Assembly (NCBI GenBank): GCA_964566145.1 | Contig: CAZMHN010000002.1 | Location: 23,522 to 74,451 of the forward strand | Direction of reading: 5' to 3' | From: an uncultured Gammaproteobacteria bacterium | GTDB lineage: Bacteria > Patescibacteriota > Patescibacteriia > Veblenbacterales > UBA10138 | DNA: 50,930 bases | Part shown: positions 15,804 to 24,688 of the stretch, one piece after another | Position numbering within the stretch: the stretch's first letter is position 1 | How the letters are laid out: each line of letters starts with the position of its first letter | The notes under the pieces: generated by a model | The model's input: the letters and a program-made list of their open reading frames with translations, nothing else | The model's database searches: none | What the model was told of the DNA's origin: nothing | Made by a program: the position numbers and the translations under genes

Positions 15804-16552
15804 TGTCAACATTCGTTACAACCGGCTACGTACTGAACGTACGTCCGTGGCGCGAGTACGACAGGCTGTACACGGTTTTGACGCCCGACCACGGCAAGCT
15901 CGAGCTGGTGGCGGCCGGCGCCAGGAAGCTGTCTTCCAAGCTGTCGCCTCACCTGCAGCCTTTTTGTGAGGTGGAAGTTATGGTGGCGAACGGCCGGGCC
16001 CGCGGCCGCCTGGCTTCGGCCGTGGTGCGTGACGTGCTGGTTCCCGAAAGCGCGCGCGAACCGGCCACAGTGGCATTGGGACAGCTGATGCTGGAAGTAG
16101 CCAATGTCATGACGCGGGAAGGCCAGCACGAGGCGGAGCTGGCTTTGGTGTTGCGCCAGGGGCTTGAGGGTTTGAGCACCTTGCCCAAGGAGCCGGATAC
16201 GTGGCGCCCGGCCGCCCACGGCCTGCTGGCCGCGTACCTTATAGGGGTTTTGAAGGCCACGGGGCTGGCCGTGCGTTTGACGCGCTGCGAGCAGTGCCAC
16301 CTGGAACTCACCGAACCTACGGTGGTCAGTTGGACCGAGCACGGCTTTGCCCATGTGGACCACGTGAACCCGGGCGATACGACGGTGAAACTGGAGCCCG
16401 AAGTTCTGCGTTGGTTGCAGCAGGCGGTCAAGGAGATTCCGGAAACCGCCGACCCCCTGCCGCCGGCGGTGCTCACGTTCCTACTGGACCTGGTGTCGGG
16501 GCACGCCAATAGGGCACTCTCCACTCTGAAGGTGCTTCGTAGTATCCTGTAG
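15803..16552 (+). CDS. recO: DNA repair protein RecO
   Basis: GYVLNVRPWREYDRLYTVLTPDHGKLELVAAGARKLSSKL (OB-fold N-terminus). The start overlaps the ileS stop (TAATG). Confidence 0.8.
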   Translation: MSTFVTTGYVLNVRPWREYDRLYTVLTPDHGKLELVAAGARKLSSKLSPHLQPFCEVEVMVANGRARGRLASAVVRDVLVPESAREPATVALGQLMLEVANVMTREGQHEAELALVLRQGLEGLSTLPKEPDTWRPAAHGLLAAYLIGVLKATGLAVRLTRCEQCHLELTEPTVVSWTEHGFAHVDHVNPGDTTVKLEPEVLRWLQQAVKEIPETADPLPPAVLTFLLDLVSGHANRALSTLKVLRSIL

Positions 16553-16554
16553 GT

Positions 16555-18495
16555 ATGCCAAATACTGAAGAACCGTCGAACGTACGAGATATTGATGTGA
16601 ATCAGGACCTCGAGCTTGATGCGGGGGCCGAGGAACCACGCGTTCAGACCAAGTCCGTACGACAAGCGGAAAAGGCGTTTTCGAAGTTCTACCATGACCG
16701 CGGTACGGAGGACCTGGCGCATGCCGTGAAGCGTTCGCGCAGACGCCGCGGCTGGCTCTATCTCACTTCCGCGCTCGGCATTCTCCTGGCCGCGGCCCTG
16801 GTGGCGCTTTACATGATACAGAGCGGCAAGGTGGGTAAGTTCGGCGAGGAGAACGTGCAGTTCGCACTGTCCGCTCCGGCTGAAAGCCCATCGGGGCAGG
16901 AGGTAGTGTTGGAATTGAGCTATGAGAACGGCCAGAATGTGGGGCTTAGGGACGTGGAAGTCACCATGCGTTACCCCGACGGGTTCACGTTCGCGTCAGC
17001 CGAGCCGTTGCCGGACAATACTGAAGGGACGCGTTTCCGTTTGCGGCGCGTGGATGAGGGCGCTTCGGGCAAGCTCACTGTCCGCGGACAGCTCGTGGGT
17101 GAGGTGGGGGAGGAAAAGCGGTTCAGCGCCGTGGTCGATTACGAACCAGAGAACCTGAACGCCCAGTACAACAAAATCGTGAACGCCTCGGTCAAGTTGG
17201 TGGCGTCGGTACTGAACTTAGAGCTTGCGGGTCCTTCCCAGTTGCCGGCCGGAGGCCAGCCTCTGGTCGTCTCGGCCACGTACAAAAACAGCTCTACGAG
17301 CAAGCTTGAAAGATTGGCTGTGCGGCTTACGTCACCAGGGGGCTTTGAGCTTGAAGTGCCTCAGCTTGAGCCGGTGCCCAACAGCCAGAGTACGTGGCGC
17401 TTACCGGACCTGGAGCCCAAAGCCGAGGGCAAGGTCGAGTTCAAGGGCACATTCACCGACGCGGCCACGGCCGGCGGTCAGGAACTCCGGGTGGCGGTTG
17501 GTCTCGTGAACGAGGACGGGAGCTTTACTGTGCAGGAGGAGAAGAACCATGCTTTCACACTGGTACGCTCCGCTTTCATTTTGGACCTGACGGTGAACGA
17601 CGTATCACTGAAGAGTGCGGTGGATGCCGGGCAGGAGCTGGAATATCAGCTTACCTATGCGAATGAGGGTGAATTGCCGTTCACGAATATACAGCTCATT
17701 GCGAAACTCAACCCTGCATTCTTCGACTGGTCAACCTTCCGCGACGGATCGGGCAGTCGGGCCGACGCTTCAGCCGGGACCATTACCTGGACTTCGCAGG
17801 AAGTGCCTTCGCTCACGCACTTGAGTCCCTCCAGCCGTGGCGTGCTCCGGTGGTCGGTGCGCCTGAACGGCGCATTGCCGCAAGACGGCACCGGGGTTTC
17901 GTTCGTGAGCTATGTAGAAGCGACTGGTACTCAAGTATTAAGCCCGGACAGGGAACAAGAGTTCACGGCCAAGTCCAATGACGTGGCCAGCCGCATCAAT
18001 ACGCGATTCACGCTGGATGCGCAGGGCAGGTACTACACCGAGGAGTTGGTGAAAATAGGTTCAGGGCCTTTGCCGCCGAAAGTGGGGGAGACTACCACGT
18101 ATGTCATCCTGTGGAAGCTGGGCAACACCTCGAACGAGGTTGAGAACATAGAAGTGACAACCACCCTGCCTGAAGGCGTCAGCTGGACCGGACAGAGCAC
18201 GGTGACCGCCGGGCAGAATCTTACTTTCAATCCAAACACGCGTGAGGCGAAGTGGCAACTGAACCGTCTTCCGGCCGGTGCGGGTACGAGCTTTGCCAAG
18301 CCCGAAGCCACCTTCGAGGTCGCCATTACGCCTCAATCTGCGGACGCAGATAAGATATTGGTCCTCTCTAAGACCACTACCGCTACGGCCAAGGATACTT
18401 ACTCCGAAGCCAACCTTATTGCCACCGCCAAGTTCATCACCACTGAGATAGATGACGACCTGGCGGCTCAGGGCAAGGGGATAGTGGTGAGGTAG
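16555..18495 (+). CDS. anchored surface protein with repeated beta-sandwich-like domains (646 aa)
   Basis: Charged N-terminus, then TM helix WLYLTSALGILLAAALVALYMI, then four loosely similar segments (VVLELSYENGQNVGLRDVEVTMRYPDGF, LVVSATYKNSSTSKLERLAVRLTSPGGF, ELEYQLTYANEGELPFTNIQLIAKL, TTYVILWKLGNTSNEVENIEVTTTLPEGV). Confidence 0.6.
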   Translation: MPNTEEPSNVRDIDVNQDLELDAGAEEPRVQTKSVRQAEKAFSKFYHDRGTEDLAHAVKRSRRRRGWLYLTSALGILLAAALVALYMIQSGKVGKFGEENVQFALSAPAESPSGQEVVLELSYENGQNVGLRDVEVTMRYPDGFTFASAEPLPDNTEGTRFRLRRVDEGASGKLTVRGQLVGEVGEEKRFSAVVDYEPENLNAQYNKIVNASVKLVASVLNLELAGPSQLPAGGQPLVVSATYKNSSTSKLERLAVRLTSPGGFELEVPQLEPVPNSQSTWRLPDLEPKAEGKVEFKGTFTDAATAGGQELRVAVGLVNEDGSFTVQEEKNHAFTLVRSAFILDLTVNDVSLKSAVDAGQELEYQLTYANEGELPFTNIQLIAKLNPAFFDWSTFRDGSGSRADASAGTITWTSQEVPSLTHLSPSSRGVLRWSVRLNGALPQDGTGVSFVSYVEATGTQVLSPDREQEFTAKSNDVASRINTRFTLDAQGRYYTEELVKIGSGPLPPKVGETTTYVILWKLGNTSNEVENIEVTTTLPEGVSWTGQSTVTAGQNLTFNPNTREAKWQLNRLPAGAGTSFAKPEATFEVAITPQSADADKILVLSKTTTATAKDTYSEANLIATAKFITTEIDDDLAAQGKGIVVR

Positions 18496-18510
18496 CCGGA
18501 AAAAGAAGCG

Positions 18511-18545
18511 CCCCCGTGCAGGTGTTTTTGCACGGGGGTTTGTTC
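18511..18545. terminator. bidirectional rho-independent terminator between convergent genes
   Basis: 10-bp stem CCCCCGTGCA/TGCACGGGGG, with TTTGTT on the + strand and CTTCTTTTT on the - strand. Confidence 0.7.
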
Positions 18546-19275
18546 ATGCTTGACGAGGGTTAAGGTGCCGCATGATGCTGCCGAGGGCGAATAAGTTTGC
18601 AACTACAAGTGAGTAGTTGCCCTCTTCATTCAACCCAACCAGGATCAATATGGCAGTAATTCCCTGCAGGCAGAACTTCGTTTTGCCAAGCCAATTGGCT
18701 TTTATTTGAGCACCACCCTGATACAGGCCGTGTTTTTTTGCCTGATAGAGCATAACAGCGAGGACCGCCAACGTGCCGTCAAGTATGAAGAAGGCAACGA
18801 CATTTATGAGCCAGAGGCTCGGCAGGAGGCAGATCGCCATGCAAGCGGCGAAGATTTTATCGCAGCCGGCGTCTATGGCTCCGCCGAGTTCCGTGACCTG
18901 GTCCATCTTGCGCGCCAGTATGCCGTCGAACAAGTCGCTGAATACAGCCCAGAAGACCAGCGTCAGGTAGCCGGCAAGGCCGACATCGTGGATGTAGAAG
19001 ATGATGAAGAGGGGGCCGGCTATGGCGCGGCTGGCCGAAAGCAGGTTCGAGGTGGTAATGACGTTCGTATCAATCCAGTGATCGATTTTCTCGGACCAGG
19101 GGCGCGAGAGGGTCGCTATGGTCCTTTTGATCCAATCACGCACAAGCCGGCGTTTTTCCGGGATGGGTATCATGAATTCGGCCAGGCGGCCGAGGAAGTT
19201 GTCCTTGGCGCGTAGCGCGCGCTCGGCAATGGTTTCTGCGGCAGAGATGTAGCCAGTGAGGTCGGTCGTGGCCAT
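18544..19275 (-). CDS. CDP-alcohol phosphatidyltransferase family protein
   Basis: Signature D-x2-DG-x2-AR...G-x3-D-x3-D, seen as FSDLFDGILARKMDQVTELGGAIDAGCDKI. Multiple TM helices. Confidence 0.8.
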   Translation of the reverse strand: MATTDLTGYISAAETIAERALRAKDNFLGRLAEFMIPIPEKRRLVRDWIKRTIATLSRPWSEKIDHWIDTNVITTSNLLSASRAIAGPLFIIFYIHDVGLAGYLTLVFWAVFSDLFDGILARKMDQVTELGGAIDAGCDKIFAACMAICLLPSLWLINVVAFFILDGTLAVLAVMLYQAKKHGLYQGGAQIKANWLGKTKFCLQGITAILILVGLNEEGNYSLVVANLFALGSIMRHLNPRQA

Positions 19276-19406
19276 GGCGGACTCCTCAGTATGGTGGTGT
19301 TCGATTTTTTATGGACGATTTGTTACCACCCTAACTCGCATACCGCAGGTTGGTCAAGCGGGCTTTGAAAGCCTATACTTTAGTATGTGGAGAGAACATC
19401 AAAGGT

Positions 19407-19757
19407 ATGACGCTAGCGCTGAAGCAAACCTCCCAATTGTTCCTGGAGCTTTTGGCCGACCTGTGGCGGTTCCCGTGGTGGTGGTACTCGGGCGGCGCCA
19501 AGCTGGTAGGGCTGTGGTGTTGGAACGGGTTCTCGGAAACGAGGGCCAGGTTGGCCATCGGGCTCTTTGTCAGGTACCTGTTCACGCCCATGTACCAGGA
19601 TTACACGATCCAGGGGCGGTTCATAAGTTTTTTCATGCGCCTGTTCCTGCTCATCGTAAAGCTCGTACGGCTCGCTTTTTCCGCCGTATGGCACGCGCTG
19701 GTGTTCCTAATCTGGCTCGTATTGCTGCCGGCGGCTATAGTCATCATTTTTGCGTAG
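19407..19757 (+). CDS. small hydrophobic membrane protein (116 aa)
   Basis: Trp-rich N-terminus (LWRFPWWWYSGG) and C-terminal TM helices. ATG 19407 was chosen inside ORF 19350-19757. It ends 4 nt before the next gene. Confidence 0.5.
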   Translation: MTLALKQTSQLFLELLADLWRFPWWWYSGGAKLVGLWCWNGFSETRARLAIGLFVRYLFTPMYQDYTIQGRFISFFMRLFLLIVKLVRLAFSAVWHALVFLIWLVLLPAAIVIIFA

Positions 19758-19760
19758 GTT

Positions 19761-22319
19761 ATGGCACGCGTCATTTGGAGCGAAATCTACACCCTGCCCC
19801 AGCTTGCATTCCGTAGGCTGCGCGTGTTCGTGTACCGCTTGACGGCCGTAGCGGCCATCGTTCTCGCGCTAATTTCAGCCGGCGTGTTCGTGCTTCAGGC
19901 CATGCCGCAGGTGGATGCGGGACACTGGAACGTGCTCTTCCCGCCCGCCGCCGGCGCCAAGGCTTTTTGGTTCACCGTACTCGTAGCGGCTTACGCCTGG
20001 TACCGCTTGGAGCGTCAGCGCGCCTGGTTCCCAGAATTTCCGCATGACGCGCGGGGCGATGTGCGGGCGCACGAGCATTTGAGCGAAGAGGCTTGGCACG
20101 TGCTCGAGCAGGCGTATAGATATGCGGAGCGCCTTGGGCACCCCCAGGTCGATCCGGCCCACCTCCTGGCCGCGAGTTTGAAGTTCATGACCGGGCCCAG
20201 GGTTTTTGCCCGCTTAGGCGTGGACAGCGCCAAGCTTATTTCGGTGTTGCGTTCCGTTCTGTCCCAGCTCCCGCAGGGGTACGGTTCGTCCAGGCTGTCC
20301 GAAGCCAGCCGGGCGCTCCTTATCAAAGCGGCCGAGCTGTCTCTGAAGCGCAGGAACCCGCACGTGCAGGTGACGGAGATTATGGTGGCGCTGGCCGAGA
20401 GCGATTCCAAAGTGAAAGACGTGTTGGAAGAGTTGGCAGTGCCGCCTGACGCGGTGGCCAACATCACGGCCTGGTTCGCGCTTAGGCGCAAGCTGCTATC
20501 CAGGCGCCAGCGGCAGATGCGGCGGGCCGGGTACCGGCCGAAGCATGCGCTCGACCGTGCGTACCTGGCCGTATCCACGCCGTTCCTGAACCGTTTCAGC
20601 GAGAATCTGACTGCGGCCGCCGCCGGAGGTTACTTGGCCCCATGCGTTGGGCGCGAGAACGTGATAGATGAAGTTTACAGGCTCATTTCCGGGGGCCAGC
20701 GCGGCGTGGTTATGGTGGGGCCTTCGGGCGTAGGCCGCGGCATGGTGCTTCACGGCATAGCCCAAGACATGGCTTCGGACGACGTGCCGGAAGCCTTACA
20801 GGACAAAATTCTGCTGGAACTGTCCGTGGCTCAGCTCGTGGGCGGAGCGAACCCGGCCGAGGCCGGGGAACGGTTCCTGCGGGCCGTGAGCGAAGCCGCC
20901 CGGAGCGGCAATACGGTGCTGGCTCTGCAGGACGTGCATCAGCTGGTCGGCCTGGTCACCGGGAGCGGAGAAGGCCTGACCTTGGCAGACGTACTTTCGA
21001 ACGTAGTGAAACAACACGGACTTACCGTTATAGCCACGACCACTCCGGCCGAATGGCGCAAGACAGTGGAACCTTCCGGACTGGGGCAGTCCTTGTCGCG
21101 GGTGGAGCTCGGTGAATTGGACGACAACTCCGCCATACAGGTGCTGGAGTCGCGCGTGGGCGCGCTGGAACAGGAGCACGACGTGTTCTTTTCCTACGGC
21201 GCCCTGGCCGCGGCTGTGGCCCTGTCGAAGAAATACCTGCCTGACAGATATCTGCCGGAGAAAGCTATGGCGGTAATGGAAGAAGTGTCTGTGTACGTGC
21301 ACGACCGGGCACCCAAGGGCGCTACCGTGACAAGCGAGCACGTAGCCCAGGTGGTAGCGAATAAGGTGCACATCCCGCTGACGCAGGTAACGCAGAGCGA
21401 GAGCGAGAAGCTGTTGAATCTGGAAAGCATTCTGCATCAGCGCATCATAGGCCAGGACGAGGCGGTGAAACTTGTGGCCGAGGCTTTGCGGCGCGCGCGC
21501 GTGAACCTGCGGGACCAGAAGCGGCCCGTGGCCTCGTTCCTCTTCCTAGGGCCCACTGGCGTCGGTAAAACGGAGCTTGCCAAAACCGTGGCCGGCGAGT
21601 ACTTCGGCGGCGAGGAGCGCATGGTGAGGCTTGACATGTCCGAGTACCAAACGCAGGAATCTTTGTACCGCCTGGTGGGTGCCCCAGCCGGCGTAGGCGA
21701 GGAACGCGGACTTTTGACCGAAGCCGTGCATAAGAATCCGTACACGCTCCTGTTGCTCGACGAAATCGAGAAAGCTCACCCCGACATTCTAAACGCGTTC
21801 CTGCAGGTGCTGGATGACGGACGTTTGACCGATGCTACTGGTCAGACAGTGGATTTCACCAGCACCATCATCATCGCCACTTCGAACGCCGCCACCCAGG
21901 ACGTACAGGATCAGCTGGCCCGCCAGGTGCCGCTCGACGCCATACGCAAGGACCTTATGAAGGGCGGCCTGAAGCAGTACTTCAGGCCTGAGTTCCTGAA
22001 CCGTTTCGACGCTATTGTTCTGTTCAAGCCGTTGACCCAGCCTGAGGTAGTGAAAGTGGCCGAGCTCATGCTTGGGAAGCTCTCCCGCGAGCTGGAAAGC
22101 AAGGGTGTACGCTTGCGAGCTACTCCGGAGGCCGTCCAGGAGCTGGCTGTGAAGGGTTTTGATCCGCTGTACGGCGCCAGACCCCTGCGGCGCGTTTTGC
22201 AGGACAACGTGGACAGCGCCCTGGCTTCATACATGCTTTCCGGAAAAATCTCCCGCCGCGATCTTGTAGTGCTGGAACCGGGCGGAGTGATACGGATTGA
22301 GAAGGCCCAGAGATTATAA
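19761..22319 (+). CDS. membrane-anchored Clp/Hsp100-family AAA+ ATPase (ClpB/ClpC-like) with a degenerate first nucleotide-binding domain
   Basis: Two N-terminal TM helices and Clp_N-type repeats (HPQVDPAHLLAASL, NPHVQVTEIMVALA). In NBD1 the Walker A reads GPSGVGRG and the Walker B reads LALQDVH. NBD2 is intact (GPTGVGKT, LLLDEIEKAH, GARPLRR). Confidence 0.8.
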   Translation: MARVIWSEIYTLPQLAFRRLRVFVYRLTAVAAIVLALISAGVFVLQAMPQVDAGHWNVLFPPAAGAKAFWFTVLVAAYAWYRLERQRAWFPEFPHDARGDVRAHEHLSEEAWHVLEQAYRYAERLGHPQVDPAHLLAASLKFMTGPRVFARLGVDSAKLISVLRSVLSQLPQGYGSSRLSEASRALLIKAAELSLKRRNPHVQVTEIMVALAESDSKVKDVLEELAVPPDAVANITAWFALRRKLLSRRQRQMRRAGYRPKHALDRAYLAVSTPFLNRFSENLTAAAAGGYLAPCVGRENVIDEVYRLISGGQRGVVMVGPSGVGRGMVLHGIAQDMASDDVPEALQDKILLELSVAQLVGGANPAEAGERFLRAVSEAARSGNTVLALQDVHQLVGLVTGSGEGLTLADVLSNVVKQHGLTVIATTTPAEWRKTVEPSGLGQSLSRVELGELDDNSAIQVLESRVGALEQEHDVFFSYGALAAAVALSKKYLPDRYLPEKAMAVMEEVSVYVHDRAPKGATVTSEHVAQVVANKVHIPLTQVTQSESEKLLNLESILHQRIIGQDEAVKLVAEALRRARVNLRDQKRPVASFLFLGPTGVGKTELAKTVAGEYFGGEERMVRLDMSEYQTQESLYRLVGAPAGVGEERGLLTEAVHKNPYTLLLLDEIEKAHPDILNAFLQVLDDGRLTDATGQTVDFTSTIIIATSNAATQDVQDQLARQVPLDAIRKDLMKGGLKQYFRPEFLNRFDAIVLFKPLTQPEVVKVAELMLGKLSRELESKGVRLRATPEAVQELAVKGFDPLYGARPLRRVLQDNVDSALASYMLSGKISRRDLVVLEPGGVIRIEKAQRL

Positions 22320-22321
22320 GG

Positions 22322-22353
22322 AAAAGACCCATCTTTTCGGATGGGTCTTTTTT
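22322..22353. terminator. bidirectional rho-independent terminator
   Basis: AGACCCATC-TTTTCG-GATGGGTCT stem-loop flanked by an A-run and a T-run, between convergent genes. Confidence 0.7.
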
Positions 22354-22369
22354 GGCGTACAGCGGAAGA

Positions 22370-23152
22370 TTAGGTCCACTGCGCCAGGCGGGATGAGATG
22401 AAGCCCACGATTGCTTCGTGGGTGGTTCGCGCATGCGCGCTCATGGGCGGGCCGAACTCAAAGTATATTTTTCGCTCTGGATAGATTGGTCCAAAGTCCT
22501 TGAGTGGCCCCTTGCCGCTCGACCAGAAGTCTGTCTTGAGCGCAATGGGCACCACCGGCACATTCGCTCGGCTGGCAAGTTTTTCGCCGATGGTGTTGAA
22601 CTCGGTTTCTCTGAATATGTTTCGGCGCGTGGCCTGGGGAAAGACGACCACCGAACGTCCCTGCTTCAGACAGGGTTCGCCTTCTGACATTACCGTCATG
22701 AAGTCGCGTTTAGGATTCACGCGATCTACCACGATGGGTTGAATGGCGCGCATGACGCGGCCGAATACGGGATATGTAAGTAGCGAGCGCTTCACCACAA
22801 AGGTGATGGGGGTGAACGTAAGGAGCAGTACCGGGAGAACGAAGTTCTCCAGAGTGCTCATATGGTTCGCTACGAATACCACCGGCGGCTTGAGCGCCTG
22901 GAGGTGCTGCAGTCCCGTGATGCAAAAGCGTCCGCCGAACCGCTCGATATGGCGCAAGGTGGCGTAGCTGGCATCGGCCCAAACCTCATTGGTATAGCGG
23001 CCTTGTTTCGCCAGCTGGCTGCTGTGCCGCACGATGCGGAACTGTCCCAGGTAGAACCTGAGGCTGTGCGCAAAGATGCGTTTTTGGGGCGCGGCGAGCA
23101 TCTCGTAGCGCGCGTAGTTGGTAAGGTGCGCCAGGAGTCGTTCTTTATCCAT
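22370..23152 (-). CDS. plsC: lysophospholipid (1-acyl-sn-glycerol-3-phosphate) acyltransferase family protein
   Basis: Acyltransferase blocks VANHMSTLE (HX4-acidic) and VVFPQATR (compare FPEGTR). ATG 23152 was chosen inside ORF 22370-23269. Confidence 0.65.
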   Translation of the reverse strand: MDKERLLAHLTNYARYEMLAAPQKRIFAHSLRFYLGQFRIVRHSSQLAKQGRYTNEVWADASYATLRHIERFGGRFCITGLQHLQALKPPVVFVANHMSTLENFVLPVLLLTFTPITFVVKRSLLTYPVFGRVMRAIQPIVVDRVNPKRDFMTVMSEGEPCLKQGRSVVVFPQATRRNIFRETEFNTIGEKLASRANVPVVPIALKTDFWSSGKGPLKDFGPIYPERKIYFEFGPPMSAHARTTHEAIVGFISSRLAQWT

Positions 23153-23263
23153 GGCTGTTCTCCTAAGTCTGGTTCTTTTTTCTGTGTCTTGTTTTGGCGT
23201 GCCCGAATCTAAACACACCTGGAACCCGCGGTCAATCCAGCTAAGGCACAGGTGTACAGCCGC

Positions 23264-23292
23264 TTGCAAAACACCGTAAAATCGACTAGATT
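23264..23292 (+). promoter_or_regulatory. sigma70-like promoter for glyQS (TTGCAA-17-TAGATT)
   Basis: TTGCAA at 23264-23269, a 17-nt spacer and TAGATT at 23287-23292. GGAG lies just upstream of ATG 23302. Confidence 0.5.
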
Positions 23293-23301
23293 AGTGGAGC
23301 C

Positions 23302-24684
23302 ATGAAGAATCAAGCACCAAATGATTTGATGGACAAGCTTATCGCTTTGTCAAAGCAAAGGGGTATTATTTTCCCCGGGAGCGAGATTTACGGCGGGCTG
23401 GCGAACTCGTGGGATTTCGGGCCGTACGGAGCCTTACTGAAGAACAACGTCCGCCAAGCCTGGCTCAAGCACTTCGTCACCTCGCGCGACGACATGGTGC
23501 TGTTGGATAGTTCCGTCATCATGAACCCCAAAGCCTGGGAAGCCTCAGGTCACCTGCAGAATTTCACTGACCCGCTGGTCGATTGCAAGAAGTGCAAGAA
23601 GCGTTTCCGGGCCGATCACATTCTGGAGGCGCGGGCCATGCAACCAGGCTACAGCAAAGAAAAGCCCGTGGATTGGAACGAGGTGAAGTGTCCGGAGTGC
23701 GGCGGTGCGCTTACCGAGGTGCGCCAGTTCAATCTCATGTTCAAAACCACTATGGGTCCGGTGGAAGAGGAAGGGAGCGCGGTGTATCTCCGGCCCGAAC
23801 TGGCCGGAGGTATGTTCACGGATTTCAAGCTTATCCAGCAGGCGAACAGGAAGAAGCTGCCGTTCGGCATAGCGCAGATGGGCAAGGCGTTCCGCAACGA
23901 AATAACGCCGGGTAATTTCATTTTCCGAACGCGCGAGTTCGAAATCATGGAGCTGGAGTACTTCGTGAATCCTAAGGAGTGGGAACCGGCGTTCGAGATG
24001 TGGCTCAAGGCCATGAAGGCGTGGCTCAAGAGCTTGGGAGTGAAGGACGACGACTTGTACTTCCACGAGATAGAGGAAGGGGAGCGGGCGCACTACTCCA
24101 AGCGCACCGTGGACGTAGAATTCAAGTACCCGTTCGGCTTGAAGGAGCTTTACGGCCTGGCGTACCGCACGGATTATGACCTTGCCCAGCACGGCAAGTT
24201 CAGCGGAGAGGATTTCACCTACACCGATCCAGCGACCAACGAGAAATTCGTGCCGCACGTGGTGGAGCCTTCCATGGGCTTGGAGCGCACTGTGCTCGTG
24301 ACTCTGCTCTCGGCCTACCACGAGGAGCAGGCGCCCACCGCCGAGGAGGGGGAGACGGATACGCGGGTCGTGTTGAAATTACCAAAGCACCTGGCGCCCG
24401 TGAAGGTGGCCGTCCTGCCGTTGTCCAAGAAAGAGGAGCTTGCGAAGGTGGCCATGCCGCTGGCCCAGGAACTCAGGCAAAAGTTCGTAGTGGAGTACGA
24501 CGACACGCAATCCATCGGCCGGAGGTACCGTCGGCAGGACGAGATAGGTACGCCCTTTTGCGTGACAGTTGATTTTGACAGCTTGGAAGACAAGGCCGTC
24601 ACTGTCCGCGACCGCGACAGCATGAAGCAGGAGCGGGTGAAACTCGCAGAAGCTGCTGACTACCTGGCGGAGAAGCTTGCCTAA
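23302..24684 (+). CDS. glyQS: glycine--tRNA ligase (alpha2 dimeric type)
   Basis: Class II motifs: IFPGSEIYGGLANSWDFGPYG, YLRPELAGGMF, FRNEITPGNFIFRTREFEIMELEYF, GLERTVL. Confidence 0.9.
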   Translation: MKNQAPNDLMDKLIALSKQRGIIFPGSEIYGGLANSWDFGPYGALLKNNVRQAWLKHFVTSRDDMVLLDSSVIMNPKAWEASGHLQNFTDPLVDCKKCKKRFRADHILEARAMQPGYSKEKPVDWNEVKCPECGGALTEVRQFNLMFKTTMGPVEEEGSAVYLRPELAGGMFTDFKLIQQANRKKLPFGIAQMGKAFRNEITPGNFIFRTREFEIMELEYFVNPKEWEPAFEMWLKAMKAWLKSLGVKDDDLYFHEIEEGERAHYSKRTVDVEFKYPFGLKELYGLAYRTDYDLAQHGKFSGEDFTYTDPATNEKFVPHVVEPSMGLERTVLVTLLSAYHEEQAPTAEEGETDTRVVLKLPKHLAPVKVAVLPLSKKEELAKVAMPLAQELRQKFVVEYDDTQSIGRRYRRQDEIGTPFCVTVDFDSLEDKAVTVRDRDSMKQERVKLAEAADYLAEKLA

Positions 24685-24688
24685 GCTC

